Of a stretch of DNA of 64,000 nucleotides, positions 18,293 to 27,899 are shown piece after piece. Origin of the DNA: Myxococcota bacterium (lineage in GTDB: Bacteria > Myxococcota_A > UBA9160 > UBA6930); assembly GCA_965223415.1 (NCBI GenBank), contig OZ245002.1:2816001-2880000 (forward strand), in the 5' to 3' direction. How positions within the stretch are numbered: position 1 is the stretch's first letter; each line of letters begins with the position of its first letter. A program made the position numbers and the translations under genes. Under the pieces are notes generated by a model. That model was not told the origin of the DNA, made no database searches, and saw only the letters and a list, made by a program, of their open reading frames with translations.

Positions 18293-18349
18293 GAGAAGGC
18301 GTCTCCCTCCGGTTGAGGAGACCGTCCGCAGGGGCGGTGCTTCGACGAT

Positions 18350-19597
18350 TCAGTGGCTCGTCTGGGCGGCGCGCTGGAGTCGGGCCTCCCCGGTGCCCTC
18401 GCGCCACCGCGCGGGCCCGGCCAGCTCGGCCCGGTGCTCGGGCTCGAGGGACGGCGGGTCCTTCTCCGGGTCGTCGTAGCGCGCCAGGATCTCGTAGGTC
18501 GTGCTGCGCTGGACCGGCGTACGCCCCATCTCGCGAATCAGCCGCCGCATCTCCTCCGGGGGGAGGTTCTCGCCGAAGTCGGAGCCGCTCTCGCGGCTGA
18601 TGGACTCCTCCATCAGCGTGCCGCCGAAATCGTTGGCTCCGGCTTCGAGGGCGAGCTGGGAGAGCTTCGGGCCCATCTTCACCCACGACATCTGCACGTT
18701 CTGGATCCACGGCCGCAGGAAGAGCCGGCACACCGCGATCAGCCGCAGATCGTCGGCGCCCGAGGGGCCCGGACGCGAGTGCACCCAGTGGCCGAGCACG
18801 TTCTTCTCGTGGATGAAGCCCAGGGGTACGAACTCGGTGAAGCCGCCGGTCTCCTTCTGCAGCTCGCGGATCGCGTCGAGGTGCCTCACCACGTGCGCGG
18901 GCTCCTCGATGTGCCCGTACATGATCGTCGCCGTCGATCGCAGGCCGACGGAGTGGGCCGTACGCACGATCTCCTTCCAGCGCTCGGTCATCAGCTTGTT
19001 CGGCGAGAGCACCTTGCGCACCGAGTCGTCGAGGATCTCCGCCGCGGTACCCGGCATCGTGCCGAGGCCCGCGTCCATGAGCCAGCGCATCTGCTCGTCG
19101 AGGGGCATGCCGCTCTTCTTGGAGATGTGGTCCATCTCCTCCGGCGAGAAGGCGTGGATGTGCAGGTCCGGGAACTCGGCCTTCAGGTGGGTCAGGATGC
19201 CGCGGTAGTGATGGTGGTCCTTCTCCGGATCGATCCCGCCCTGGATGCACACCTCGGTGGCCCCCCGGGCGACGGCGTCCCGCGCCTTGGCGTTGATCTC
19301 CTCGAAGCTGCGGTCGAAGGCGTCGGCCTCGTCCCGGTGCCGGGCGAAGCCGCAGAAGCTGCAACCCACGTAGCAGACGTTGGTGAAGTTGATGTTCCGG
19401 CAGATCACGAAGGAGACGTCGTCGCCGCAATCATCCCCGCGCGCCACGTCCGCGGCCCGCAGCAGCGCGTGGAAGTCCGGCCCCTCCGCGCGCAGCAGCC
19501 GCAGGGCGTCCTCCCGCGAGAGCTCCTTGCCGCCGAGGGACGCATCGAGCAGCGCGGCCACGTCCTTGGAGATGTCCGCGAGCAAGCGTTCCAACAT
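18350..19597 (-). CDS. cofH: F0 synthase subunit CofH (radical SAM)
   Basis: RNINFTNVCYVGCSFC, EVCIQGG, HIHAFSPEE, PGTAAEILDD, GGFTEFVPL, SWVK, DFGGTLMEESISR. Confidence 0.9.
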   Translation of the reverse strand: MLERLLADISKDVAALLDASLGGKELSREDALRLLRAEGPDFHALLRAADVARGDDCGDDVSFVICRNINFTNVCYVGCSFCGFARHRDEADAFDRSFEEINAKARDAVARGATEVCIQGGIDPEKDHHHYRGILTHLKAEFPDLHIHAFSPEEMDHISKKSGMPLDEQMRWLMDAGLGTMPGTAAEILDDSVRKVLSPNKLMTERWKEIVRTAHSVGLRSTATIMYGHIEEPAHVVRHLDAIRELQKETGGFTEFVPLGFIHEKNVLGHWVHSRPGPSGADDLRLIAVCRLFLRPWIQNVQMSWVKMGPKLSQLALEAGANDFGGTLMEESISRESGSDFGENLPPEEMRRLIREMGRTPVQRSTTYEILARYDDPEKDPPSLEPEHRAELAGPARWREGTGEARLQRAAQTSH

Positions 19598-20796
19598 CAG
19601 GCAGCCTCCAGGCTCAGGCGCGGGCGAGCCCAGCCGTCCTCGTTCGCCAGGCCGCGGGTCACCTCCAGGACCTCCGGCTCGAAGAAGGAGGCATCGGCCA
19701 GGTGCCGGGGATACACGGGAAGACGCTCCACCAGCTTCTGGCCGGCCACCTCACAGCGATCCCGCAGCTCCACCAGCGCCGGCCAGGGCGCCTCCGGGTT
19801 GATGTAGTCGACGGTGATCGGTGAGACGCCGCCCCAGTCCGAGACGCCGCCCTTCATCAGCTCGCCCATCACCTCGGGCGCCAGGTTCGGCGGCGCCTGC
19901 ACGTGGATGTCGCGGCCGAGCACGAGACGCGCCAACGCCACCCAGCCGATCACCGCTTCGTCGGGAAGCGGCGACGCCCAGCGCATGCGCGTGCCAGGCT
20001 TCGGGTGGAAGGGCTGGATGATCGCCTCCTGGATGTGACCGTGGCGATCGTGCAGGTCGCGGATCGCGAAGAGCGTGTCGATGCGCTCCTCGTCGTCCTC
20101 GCCGATGCCGAGCAGCATGCCCGTGGTGAACGGGATGCGGAGCTCGCCGGCCTCCTCGTGCATCCGCAGCCGCACCTCCGGATCCTTGTCCGGCGCGTAC
20201 TGGTGGGCCTGGCCCTTGCCGCGCAGCCGCGGGCTCGTCGATTCGAGCATCAGCCCCATCGACGCGTTCCAGCGGCGCAGCGCGGTCATCTCCTCCACCG
20301 TGAGGATGCCGGCGTTGGTGTGGGGCAGCATGCCGCCCTCGAAGGAGACCTTGCAGCCCTCCACCAGGTACTCGGCCGTCGAGCGGTAGCCCTCGCCCGC
20401 CAGCCATTCCTTGAAGGCGCGGTAGGCGATCTCCGGCTTGTCGCCGAGGCAGAAGAGCGCCTCGATGCAGCCCATCTGCACGCCGCCCCGGGTGATGCCG
20501 GCGACCTCGTCCAGCGTGTAGGTCTTGGCCTCGGGGGAGTCGGGCAGCTTGGCGAAGGTGCAGTAGGCACAGCGGTCCCGGCACAGGTTGGTGAGCGGGA
20601 TGAAGACGTTGCGGGAGAAGCTCACCAGATGGCCCTGGGCCCGGGTCTTGCTCTCGTGGGCGCCCTCCTGGACCGCCCGGAGCACGCCCGGCTCGGCCAG
20701 GTGCTCGGCCAGCCAGGCCGCCTCGGCGCGCGGGAGGCGCGCCTCGTCGACCGCCCGCTGGACGATCCGGCTCGCCTGGTCGGCGGTGGGGGTCAC
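19597..20796 (-). CDS. cofG: F0 synthase subunit CofG (radical SAM)
   Basis: SFSRNVFIPLTNLCRDRCAYC, EALFCLGDKPE, LPHTNAG, SMGLMLE, QAPPNL, DWGGVSP..D.INPE.PWP; GTG start 6 nt after TACCCT. Confidence 0.9.
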   Translation of the reverse strand: MTPTADQASRIVQRAVDEARLPRAEAAWLAEHLAEPGVLRAVQEGAHESKTRAQGHLVSFSRNVFIPLTNLCRDRCAYCTFAKLPDSPEAKTYTLDEVAGITRGGVQMGCIEALFCLGDKPEIAYRAFKEWLAGEGYRSTAEYLVEGCKVSFEGGMLPHTNAGILTVEEMTALRRWNASMGLMLESTSPRLRGKGQAHQYAPDKDPEVRLRMHEEAGELRIPFTTGMLLGIGEDDEERIDTLFAIRDLHDRHGHIQEAIIQPFHPKPGTRMRWASPLPDEAVIGWVALARLVLGRDIHVQAPPNLAPEVMGELMKGGVSDWGGVSPITVDYINPEAPWPALVELRDRCEVAGQKLVERLPVYPRHLADASFFEPEVLEVTRGLANEDGWARPRLSLEAA

Positions 20797-20852
20797 GGCC
20801 ACAGGGTAGCGCGACGCGGGCCACGGAACGCAGGACATCCCTCCACGGGCCC

Positions 20853-22529
20853 CTACTCGGCGTCGACGCCGACCCAGCCCCGCAGGGTGGCCGGATCGGT
20901 CTGGTGCAGGAAGTCGCCTGCGGGCACGTCCCCGGCGCGCTCCTTGATCGCGCGGAAGAGCCCGACCAGGGCGGGCGCCATCTTCTCGCCCGAGATCCGC
21001 TCGTAGAGCGGCCGGGCGATGCGGTCCCCGCCCCGGGAGCCGCCCACGAGCACCACGTGGTCGTTCTTCCCGTAGCCATAGATGCCGATCTCGGCGGAGG
21101 GCGGCCGCACGCAGTTGTTCGGACAGCCGGTCATGCGGATGACCACGTCCACGTCGCCGAGCCCCTCGGCCTCGAGGGCGTCGAACCAGCTGGGCAGGAT
21201 GTTCTCGGCGTCGGTCATGGCCAGGCCGCAGGTGGGCTTGGCGGGGCAGGCCATGGCGTTGGCCCGGGCGCGCTGCCCGCGCGCCGGCGCGGCGATGCCG
21301 TGGCGCTCCAGGATCGCGTCCAGGGCGGCGCGATCGGCCACGTCGCACAGGATCAGGTCCTGCTGCGGCGTCAGCACCACCGAGAGGCCGAGCTGCTCCA
21401 CCGCCTCGCGGACGGCGGCGCGCTGGGCGCCCTTGAGGCGACCGGCCTCGACGGAGAGGCCGTAGTAGCTGCCGCCGCCGCGCTGCTCGTGCCAGCCGAG
21501 GTGGAGCTCCATCGGCGGCAGCGTCGCGGGCTCGGCGGCGTCCTCGAGCTCGATCCCGAAGCGCTCGCGCAGGGCGGCCTTCACTGCGTCCACGCCGAGA
21601 CGCCGGATCGTGTACTTCCAGCGAGCCTGCTTGCGGTCCTTCCGATCGCCGTTCTCCTTCTGCAGGAGCACGATCGCCCGGCAGACGTCCGCCACCTGCT
21701 CGCGGCGGATGCGGCCCAGGTGGAGGCCCAGCAGCGCCGCGGTCTTCGGGTTGTTGTGGGAGAGCCCGAGCCCACCCCCGGTGTAGAGCTCCCAGACCGC
21801 TCCCTCCGGGTCGACGGGCACCAGGCCCACGTCCTGGGTGCGCACGTCGACCGAGTTGTCGCTCGGGTGCGCGAGGCCGATCTTGAACTTGCGCGGCAGG
21901 TAGTGCTCGCCGTAGATCGGCTCGTCGGGGGTGACCCGCCCGGCCGTCGCCCCGTCCTCGTCGGTGAGGAAGATCTCGAAGTAGCTCGTCGTGCGCGGCG
22001 CCAGCTCCGTAGCGATCGCGTGGGAGAGCTCGAGCGCACCGCAGGCGTTGTCCGGATCGAGGGTGTCGATGGGCGAGCCCATGACGTTGCGATTCACGTC
22101 ACCGCACGCGCCGAGCGTGCCGTGATCCAGGTAGCCCCGATTCAGGTGCCGGACCATGACGCCGAGCTTGTCGCCGTACACCCGGTGGTACTGGATCGCC
22201 TGGCGGGAGGTGATGCGCAGGGTGCCGTCGGCGTAGGCGTCCGCCGCCTCGTCGAGGGCGATCCACTGCCTGGCCGTCAGCCGCCCGCCCGCCGGATTCT
22301 TGATCCGGATCATGAAGAAGTAGTCCTGGGTCTTCTTCCCGCGTTCACCCCGGCCCTGCTGCTTGTAGATCCCGAAGAACTTGGAGAGCTCCTTCGCCGT
22401 GCCCGAGATCGTCTGGCGCTCACCCCGGGTCATCTGGTCGAGCTCGTCCCGGAAGCTGTGGGGCTCCTTCGGGTCCGAGACGTAGAAGAGCCCCTTGCTC
22501 TCGACCTTGATCCGCTCGTTCTTGGACAT
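20853..22529 (-). CDS. Siroheme-[4Fe-4S] sulfite/nitrite reductase hemoprotein (CysI/Sir-like)
   Basis: KFFGIYKQ, LRITSRQ, ACGDVNRN, YLPRKFKIG, RKQARWKY, CPAKPTC...TGCPNNC. Confidence 0.88.
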   Translation of the reverse strand: MSKNERIKVESKGLFYVSDPKEPHSFRDELDQMTRGERQTISGTAKELSKFFGIYKQQGRGERGKKTQDYFFMIRIKNPAGGRLTARQWIALDEAADAYADGTLRITSRQAIQYHRVYGDKLGVMVRHLNRGYLDHGTLGACGDVNRNVMGSPIDTLDPDNACGALELSHAIATELAPRTTSYFEIFLTDEDGATAGRVTPDEPIYGEHYLPRKFKIGLAHPSDNSVDVRTQDVGLVPVDPEGAVWELYTGGGLGLSHNNPKTAALLGLHLGRIRREQVADVCRAIVLLQKENGDRKDRKQARWKYTIRRLGVDAVKAALRERFGIELEDAAEPATLPPMELHLGWHEQRGGGSYYGLSVEAGRLKGAQRAAVREAVEQLGLSVVLTPQQDLILCDVADRAALDAILERHGIAAPARGQRARANAMACPAKPTCGLAMTDAENILPSWFDALEAEGLGDVDVVIRMTGCPNNCVRPPSAEIGIYGYGKNDHVVLVGGSRGGDRIARPLYERISGEKMAPALVGLFRAIKERAGDVPAGDFLHQTDPATLRGWVGVDAE

Positions 22530-22806
22530 GTCCGCGAGCGAGCCGGTCTCGAGGGTGACAGCCGGGCCGGGGGGGGCTTCGCGAGCCACTTGGGTCTCCT
22601 GGGGGCGGCGGGGAGGACCGGGGGCGGTGTCGGGCCCCCGGGGAAGGAAGACGCAGAGGCTACCCCACGGCCAATTGGGGAGGAAGTCCCAGGAGATCTC
22701 ATCCCCTGGGGGATTCCTGTGCCCCTCCGCGGGTCACCTACTTCCAGGCACCGGTCAAGACCCGACTTCCCCGGACCGATGCCCGGACCTGGAGACCGCT
22801 CGCCAT

Positions 22807-23685
22807 ATGAAGCTGCCGTGGGCCAACCTTCGCCAAAGGCCGAACCTGAGCCTTCGCCTGGGGCTCTTCACCCTCGCCGCCTGCCTGCTCACGATGGGAG
22901 CGGGTGCCATGGAGCCCGTCCTCGGGTGGGAGTACGCCGGCTGGATGGTCGCCGCCGTGGCGGGCGCCGGGGCGGCCCTGTGGGCGCGCCCCCTCCAGGC
23001 CGTGCTGGACGCCGCCCACCGGCTGGTCGCCGGCGAGGACGTGACCGTCCCGGACGACTGGAGCGAGGGCGAGCTCCGTTTCCTCGCTCGCGCCGTCCAG
23101 GAGCTCGGCCGGAAGCTCGACCAGAGCCGCCGCGACCTCGAAGCCCGCAACCACGAGCTCGAGCGTGCGAACGACGTGCTGGAGCAGCTCTCCATCACCG
23201 ACGGGCTCACCCGCCTCCACAACCACCGCCACTTCCAGGACCGCTACCACAGCGAGGCCCGGCGCTCGGAGCGCACCGCCCAGCCTCTCTGCCTGGTCCT
23301 GATCGACATCGACGATTTCAAGCGCCTGAACGACGTCCACGGCCACAGTGCGGGGGACAAGGTCCTGGCCGGCGTCGCCGAAGTGATGAACGCACAGGTG
23401 CGCGAGACCGACTACCTCGCGCGCTACGGCGGTGAAGAGTTCGCGATGCTGCTCCCGGAGACGGACCTGACGGGTACCATGCAGCTCATCGAGAAGCTCC
23501 GCTTCGCGGTGGCCGAGGCCCGCTTCGACGTGGGTGGCGCGGAGGCGCCGATCGGCGTCACCGTCTCGGCGGGCGTGGCGATCTTCTCGGGCGACGCGGA
23601 CGAGGCCTTCGACGCTGCGGATCGGGCGCTCTACGAGGCGAAGGCGGGCGGAAAGGACTGCGTGGTGGCGGCCGCCAGCCGCTAG
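22807..23685 (+). CDS. Membrane-anchored diguanylate cyclase (HAMP-like + GGDEF)
   Basis: TDGLT, DIDDFKRLND..GH..GD, I-site RETD, RYGGEEF, ADRALYEAK. Confidence 0.92.
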   Translation: MKLPWANLRQRPNLSLRLGLFTLAACLLTMGAGAMEPVLGWEYAGWMVAAVAGAGAALWARPLQAVLDAAHRLVAGEDVTVPDDWSEGELRFLARAVQELGRKLDQSRRDLEARNHELERANDVLEQLSITDGLTRLHNHRHFQDRYHSEARRSERTAQPLCLVLIDIDDFKRLNDVHGHSAGDKVLAGVAEVMNAQVRETDYLARYGGEEFAMLLPETDLTGTMQLIEKLRFAVAEARFDVGGAEAPIGVTVSAGVAIFSGDADEAFDAADRALYEAKAGGKDCVVAAASR

Positions 23686-23700
23686 GCTGCTGCTACCACC

Positions 23701-24405
23701 GTGCCGAACCCCTATCAGCCCCCGAGGTCGCGGGTCTGGTCGGAGGATCCCGCGCCGCCTTCCTTCGCCCGCGCGTTGGACGCGGCCGTCGGGGCGGTCA
23801 ATGGGCCCTTCCTCCTCCTGATCCTGCCGGTCGCGACGCTCGATCACTTCCTCATCGCGGTCGAGGCCCCGCTTCCCGTGGAGCTCGCGCTCTTCGTCGT
23901 GAGCGGATTCCTCATCGCGCCCCTGCAGGCCTGCCTGTGCATCGCGTCGGCCCGCGCGGCGCGTCGCGGGACGGCGGCCGCCCCAGGGCCGTTGCTTCGG
24001 TCGGCAATCGGGGCCTGGCCTCGGGTCACGATCGCGCTACTCCTCCCGACGCTGCTGATCTTCGTCGGCTTCGTGCTCCTCATCGTCCCGGGAATCGTCC
24101 TCATGGTCCGCTATGCATTCGTCGACGCCATGGCGTTCGAAGGCGAGGCTGAGCCGGCCGACTGCGGAAAGGCGAGTGCCGCGATCGCTCGCGGCCGCGC
24201 CGGCCTCGTGACCGCCGTCCTGCTGGCGTTCCTCGCCCCGTCGATAGCGCTCTCGGGAGTTTCGCCCTTCCTGAGCGAGCTCGATGGCTTCCCACTGGAG
24301 ACGCTGGTGCCGGTCTTCGACGTTTCGTGCGCGGTCTGGCTGACGCTCTCTTCCTCCGCGTGCTGGGCCATCTACGTCGACCTTCGCGGGGATCCCCGCC
24401 CCTGA
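23701..24405 (+). CDS. Hypothetical membrane protein
   Basis: NPYQPP N-terminus, several TM segments, LLIVPGI motif. Confidence 0.7.
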   Translation: MPNPYQPPRSRVWSEDPAPPSFARALDAAVGAVNGPFLLLILPVATLDHFLIAVEAPLPVELALFVVSGFLIAPLQACLCIASARAARRGTAAAPGPLLRSAIGAWPRVTIALLLPTLLIFVGFVLLIVPGIVLMVRYAFVDAMAFEGEAEPADCGKASAAIARGRAGLVTAVLLAFLAPSIALSGVSPFLSELDGFPLETLVPVFDVSCAVWLTLSSSACWAIYVDLRGDPRP

Positions 24406-24425
24406 GACGCGCCTACACTCGCGGG

Positions 24426-24869
24426 ATGCTCTACTTCGAAGACGTCGCCGCGGGTCGGGAGCGGGAGCTCGGGAGCCACCGGGTGTCGCGCGAGGAGATC
24501 GTGCGCTTCGCGACCGAGTGGGATCCGCAGCCGTTCCACATCGACGAGGAGGCGGCGGGCCGCTCGGTCTTCGGCGGCCTCACCGCGTCCTCCTGTCACA
24601 CCTACGCGATCTCCTCCCTCGTCTTCTCGCGCCACCCCGAGCGGCTGGCCACGGCGGCGATGCTGGGCCTCTCGCTCCGGTTCCCCGCTCCGGTCCGGCC
24701 CGGGGACGAGCTGCGGCTGCTGGACGAGTGCCTCGAGAAGCGCCTCTCGGACTCCCGGCCCGGGCTCGGGATCGTGAAGTCCCGGACGGCGCTCGTGAAC
24801 CAGGCGGAGGAGGAGGTCTTCGTGATGGAGTCGAGCTACCTGGTGCGGTGCCGCGACGCCCCCGCCTAG
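24426..24869 (+). CDS. MaoC-family (hotdog) dehydratase
   Basis: LYFED, FA.EWDPQPFHIDEEAA..S.FGGL.AS, PVRPGD. Confidence 0.88.
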   Translation: MLYFEDVAAGRERELGSHRVSREEIVRFATEWDPQPFHIDEEAAGRSVFGGLTASSCHTYAISSLVFSRHPERLATAAMLGLSLRFPAPVRPGDELRLLDECLEKRLSDSRPGLGIVKSRTALVNQAEEEVFVMESSYLVRCRDAPA

Positions 24870-25720
24870 CGACGGCCTCGTAGGATCGCGAGGACGAGCA
24901 CCAGCGGAAAGCCGCTCATCGAGTAGGCGCCGGCGAAGAGCCCCAGGTCGAGCCGGCCGAGGGAGCCGACCGCCACGATGATGGTGAGCGCCAGGTTGCG
25001 CGCTCCGAACTCGATCAGGAAGGTGAAGCGATCGTGGGGGTCGAGGGCCAGGGCGTTGCCGAGGCCCCAGCCGATGGCCATCGCGCACACCGTCCATGCG
25101 ACGGCCGCCAGGACCGCCCAGGCGAACTCGGCGCCGGTGGGCAGGAGGTCGTTGCCGGAGGCGGCGCCCAGCACCGTGGCGATCAGGATCGCGATCACGG
25201 CGAACCGGTTGGCCCGGGAGACGTAGGCCTTCGAGGCCTCGGGCCGCCTGGAGCGCACCCACATGCCGATGCCGATCGGGATCGCGAGGAAGAAGACGAG
25301 CTGGGAGACGAGGAAGCCGACCGGCACGTCGACGTCGACACCGTCCTCGAGGAACATCCGGATCCCGACCGCTGCGAGCAGCGGCAGGCTCACCACCGCG
25401 AGCAGCGACGCGACCGCCGTCAGCGTGACCGAGAGTGCCACGTTGGCGCCGGCCACCGCAGCCATCACGTTCGACATCCCCGCGCCGGGCGTCGCCGCCA
25501 GCAGGATCGCGCCCACGGCGAAGGCGGGCGAGATGTCGATCAGCGTGACGATGCCCCAGGTCATGAGGGGCAGGAGCAGGAGCTGGCCGAGCGTCCCTCC
25601 GATGACGGCGCGGGGCGCAGCCACGACCCGACGGAAATCGTCGGGCACGAGCTGCAGCCCCACGACGAACATCAGGGGCACCAGGATCAGGGGCCCGAGG
25701 AGCTGCTCGGGGTTCTCCAG
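24866..25720 (-). CDS. Bile acid:sodium symporter (BASS) family transporter
   Basis: MFVVGL, Q.LLLP, PGAGMSN, A.ANVALSV.LT, IEFGARN; start ambiguous (CTG 25720 or GTG 25681). Confidence 0.85.
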   Translation of the reverse strand: MENPEQLLGPLILVPLMFVVGLQLVPDDFRRVVAAPRAVIGGTLGQLLLLPLMTWGIVTLIDISPAFAVGAILLAATPGAGMSNVMAAVAGANVALSVTLTAVASLLAVVSLPLLAAVGIRMFLEDGVDVDVPVGFLVSQLVFFLAIPIGIGMWVRSRRPEASKAYVSRANRFAVIAILIATVLGAASGNDLLPTGAEFAWAVLAAVAWTVCAMAIGWGLGNALALDPHDRFTFLIEFGARNLALTIIVAVGSLGRLDLGLFAGAYSMSGFPLVLVLAILRGRR

Positions 25721-25723
25721 GCG

Positions 25724-26143
25724 TCAGCTCGCGGCGGGGGATCCGGGCCCCTGCTCGAAGGCCGGAATGCCCTCGGGCTTCGGGTGGAAGGGCTGTGCGT
25801 CGCACAGGAAGATCGCCATCTCGGGCTTGAAGATGCTGGGATCGTCGAAGACGCCGACCTTGGTCATCAGCACCCCCGGCATCGTGGGCACGCGGGTCGT
25901 GATGTGGGTGCCGCACTCGGCGCAGAATTCGCGGGTCACGGCGTTCTCGATGTCGGTGCGGGTGAAGCCCTTCGGCGTTCCCTTCGTGTACTTGAAGCTG
26001 GCCTCGGGCAGCGCCATCACGTAGTTCGGCCCGCCGCCCGAGGCGTACTGGCACTCTCGGCAGTGGCATTGGCCCTGGAACATCGGATCGCCTTCGGACA
26101 CGAACTGCACGGCGCCGCAGTAGCAGTGGCCTTCGATCTTCAT
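25724..26143 (-). CDS. GFA (glutathione-dependent formaldehyde-activating / CENP-V) family protein
   Basis: GHCYCG, CHCRECQ, FCAECGT Zn motifs; GGAGG SD. Confidence 0.92.
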   Translation of the reverse strand: MKIEGHCYCGAVQFVSEGDPMFQGQCHCRECQYASGGGPNYVMALPEASFKYTKGTPKGFTRTDIENAVTREFCAECGTHITTRVPTMPGVLMTKVGVFDDPSIFKPEMAIFLCDAQPFHPKPEGIPAFEQGPGSPAAS

Positions 26144-26279
26144 CGGGGGTTCCTCCTTCGGGGTTCCGGGAAGCTACCACGGAGCCCGAACCCCCAGGGG
26201 GCCGAATCGCCTTCGTTGACGGTGGAAGTCCTGGGCTCTACAGAGTCGGACCCGGCCGGCCGACGACGAAGGCGCCGCA

Positions 26280-27899
26280 ATGACCACGCCCAGTCCCAAC
26301 GACGAGCCCCGAGCGCGGAGCGGGGTGCGCGCCCTCGCCGCCCTGCTCTTCGGCATCGGCCTGGTGAGCCGCCTCGTCCCCTTCCGCGACCAGGGGGGCC
26401 GCCTGCTTCGCCAGTTCCCGACCGAGGACGGCTACCTGATGCTCACGATGGCCCGGAACCTGGGCATCGGAAACGGGATGAGCATCGCCGACGGCACGAT
26501 CCCGACGAACGGGACCCAGCCCCTCGCGACGATGCTCTGGAGCGTGGTCTTCGCCCTGGTGGACGGCGACAAGCGGGCCGGCGTGGCGGGGGTGTTGGCC
26601 CTCGAGGTCGTGATCTCCCTCGCCGCCGCCGGCATGCTCTTCCTTCTCGCCCGGCGTGTCCTGGCCGGCGTTCGCGAGGGAACGGCCGTGGCGTTGCTCG
26701 CTTCGTCCGCCTGGTTCGCGAGCGCCCAGACCGCCCGCCACGCGATGAACTGCCTCGAGACCGGCCTGGCCGTGCTGGTGGTCACGACCTTCTTCTGGGC
26801 CCTGCTGCGCCTGGCCGAAGACGCCCCGGCCCGTCCGGCCCTCGGCCGCTGGGCGGCCCTCGGCGCTTTGCTAGGCGTCTCCTTCTGGGCCCGCATCGAC
26901 GCCGTGCTGCTGTGCGTAGCGCTGGGCGTGGCCCACCTGGCGGGCTGGCTGCCGATCTGGCGGTCCGGCTTCCGCGACCGCTTCCTCGAGCTGGGCGCGG
27001 CGGGCACCGCCACCGCCGTGATCGCCTCGCCCTGGCTCGTGCACAACCTGGTGCGCTTCGGCAGCATCATGCCGGTGAGCGGCCAGTCCGAGGGCTTCCG
27101 GGTCGCCCTGGGGCGGGAGCTTCCCTACGTGCCCGCCAAGCTCGTCGAGTACCTGTCGGTGATCCTCCAGCTCCCGAGCCGCCTCGAGACCCATCCCGCG
27201 TTCATCTCGGCGGCCGTCGCGGCACTCGGGCTCGCCGGCTACGCCCTCGCGCGCCGCTTCCCGGGCTGGTCGGCACCCGCGCGGAGTCTGGCCACCCTCG
27301 GGCTGCTGCTCGGCGCGGGCCTCGTCCTGTGGTACGGCCTGGTCTTCGGCGCCGGCCACTTCATGTCCCGCTACCTGTTCCCGCTGAGCCCGCTGCTCGC
27401 GATCCTGACCACAGCAGCCGTCTTCGGCTGCGTCCATCGCCGCGGCCAGGCCGCCCTCGGCTGGGCCGCCGCCGCGGCGGTCGTCGTCACGGTGGCGGGC
27501 CTCAACGCTCGCCTCTACGCCGGCGGCACCGACCACGCCCACTTCCACGTCGTGGCCTGGGTCGACGAGCACGTCCCCGAGAACGTCTGGGTCGGTGCCA
27601 TCCAGACCGGCACCCTGGGCTTCTTCCACGACCGCACCATCAATCTCGACGGCAAGGTCAACCCCCACGCGATGGAGGCTCGTCGCAGTCACACCATCCC
27701 TGCCTACGTCGAGCGCTCGGACATCCAGTACCTCGCCGACTGGAAGGGCATCACCTTCTGGGCGAACCACTACCCGGAGATCTGGGAGAACTTCGAGGTG
27801 CTGATCGCGGAGGACGACCCGAGCTTCGGTGTGCTGATGCGACACGGGGCGCCGCGGAAGGAGCGGCGGACCCGGGCGGACGCGGCGGCCCGTCCCTAG
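26280..27899 (+). CDS. Multi-pass membrane GT-C-like glycosyltransferase / hypothetical
   Basis: EDGYL..ARNL..G.G..NGTQPL, LET, ARID, RYL, NLDG.VN pattern of ArnT/arabinofuranosyltransferase-like proteins. Confidence 0.6.
   Translation: MTTPSPNDEPRARSGVRALAALLFGIGLVSRLVPFRDQGGRLLRQFPTEDGYLMLTMARNLGIGNGMSIADGTIPTNGTQPLATMLWSVVFALVDGDKRAGVAGVLALEVVISLAAAGMLFLLARRVLAGVREGTAVALLASSAWFASAQTARHAMNCLETGLAVLVVTTFFWALLRLAEDAPARPALGRWAALGALLGVSFWARIDAVLLCVALGVAHLAGWLPIWRSGFRDRFLELGAAGTATAVIASPWLVHNLVRFGSIMPVSGQSEGFRVALGRELPYVPAKLVEYLSVILQLPSRLETHPAFISAAVAALGLAGYALARRFPGWSAPARSLATLGLLLGAGLVLWYGLVFGAGHFMSRYLFPLSPLLAILTTAAVFGCVHRRGQAALGWAAAAAVVVTVAGLNARLYAGGTDHAHFHVVAWVDEHVPENVWVGAIQTGTLGFFHDRTINLDGKVNPHAMEARRSHTIPAYVERSDIQYLADWKGITFWANHYPEIWENFEVLIAEDDPSFGVLMRHGAPRKERRTRADAAARP

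Noticed and set aside
18350..19597. MqnC/MqnE (futalosine pathway) instead of CofH
   Set aside because: It is directly coupled to a clear CofG and carries CofH-type motifs (GGFTEFVPL, DFGGTLMEESISR).
25690..25726. Selenocysteine read-through of the GFA TGA (hairpin CCCGAG/CTCGGG downstream)
   Set aside because: The TGA sits at the natural GFA C-terminus rather than at a Cys-homologous position, and the loop does not fit the bacterial SECIS pattern.
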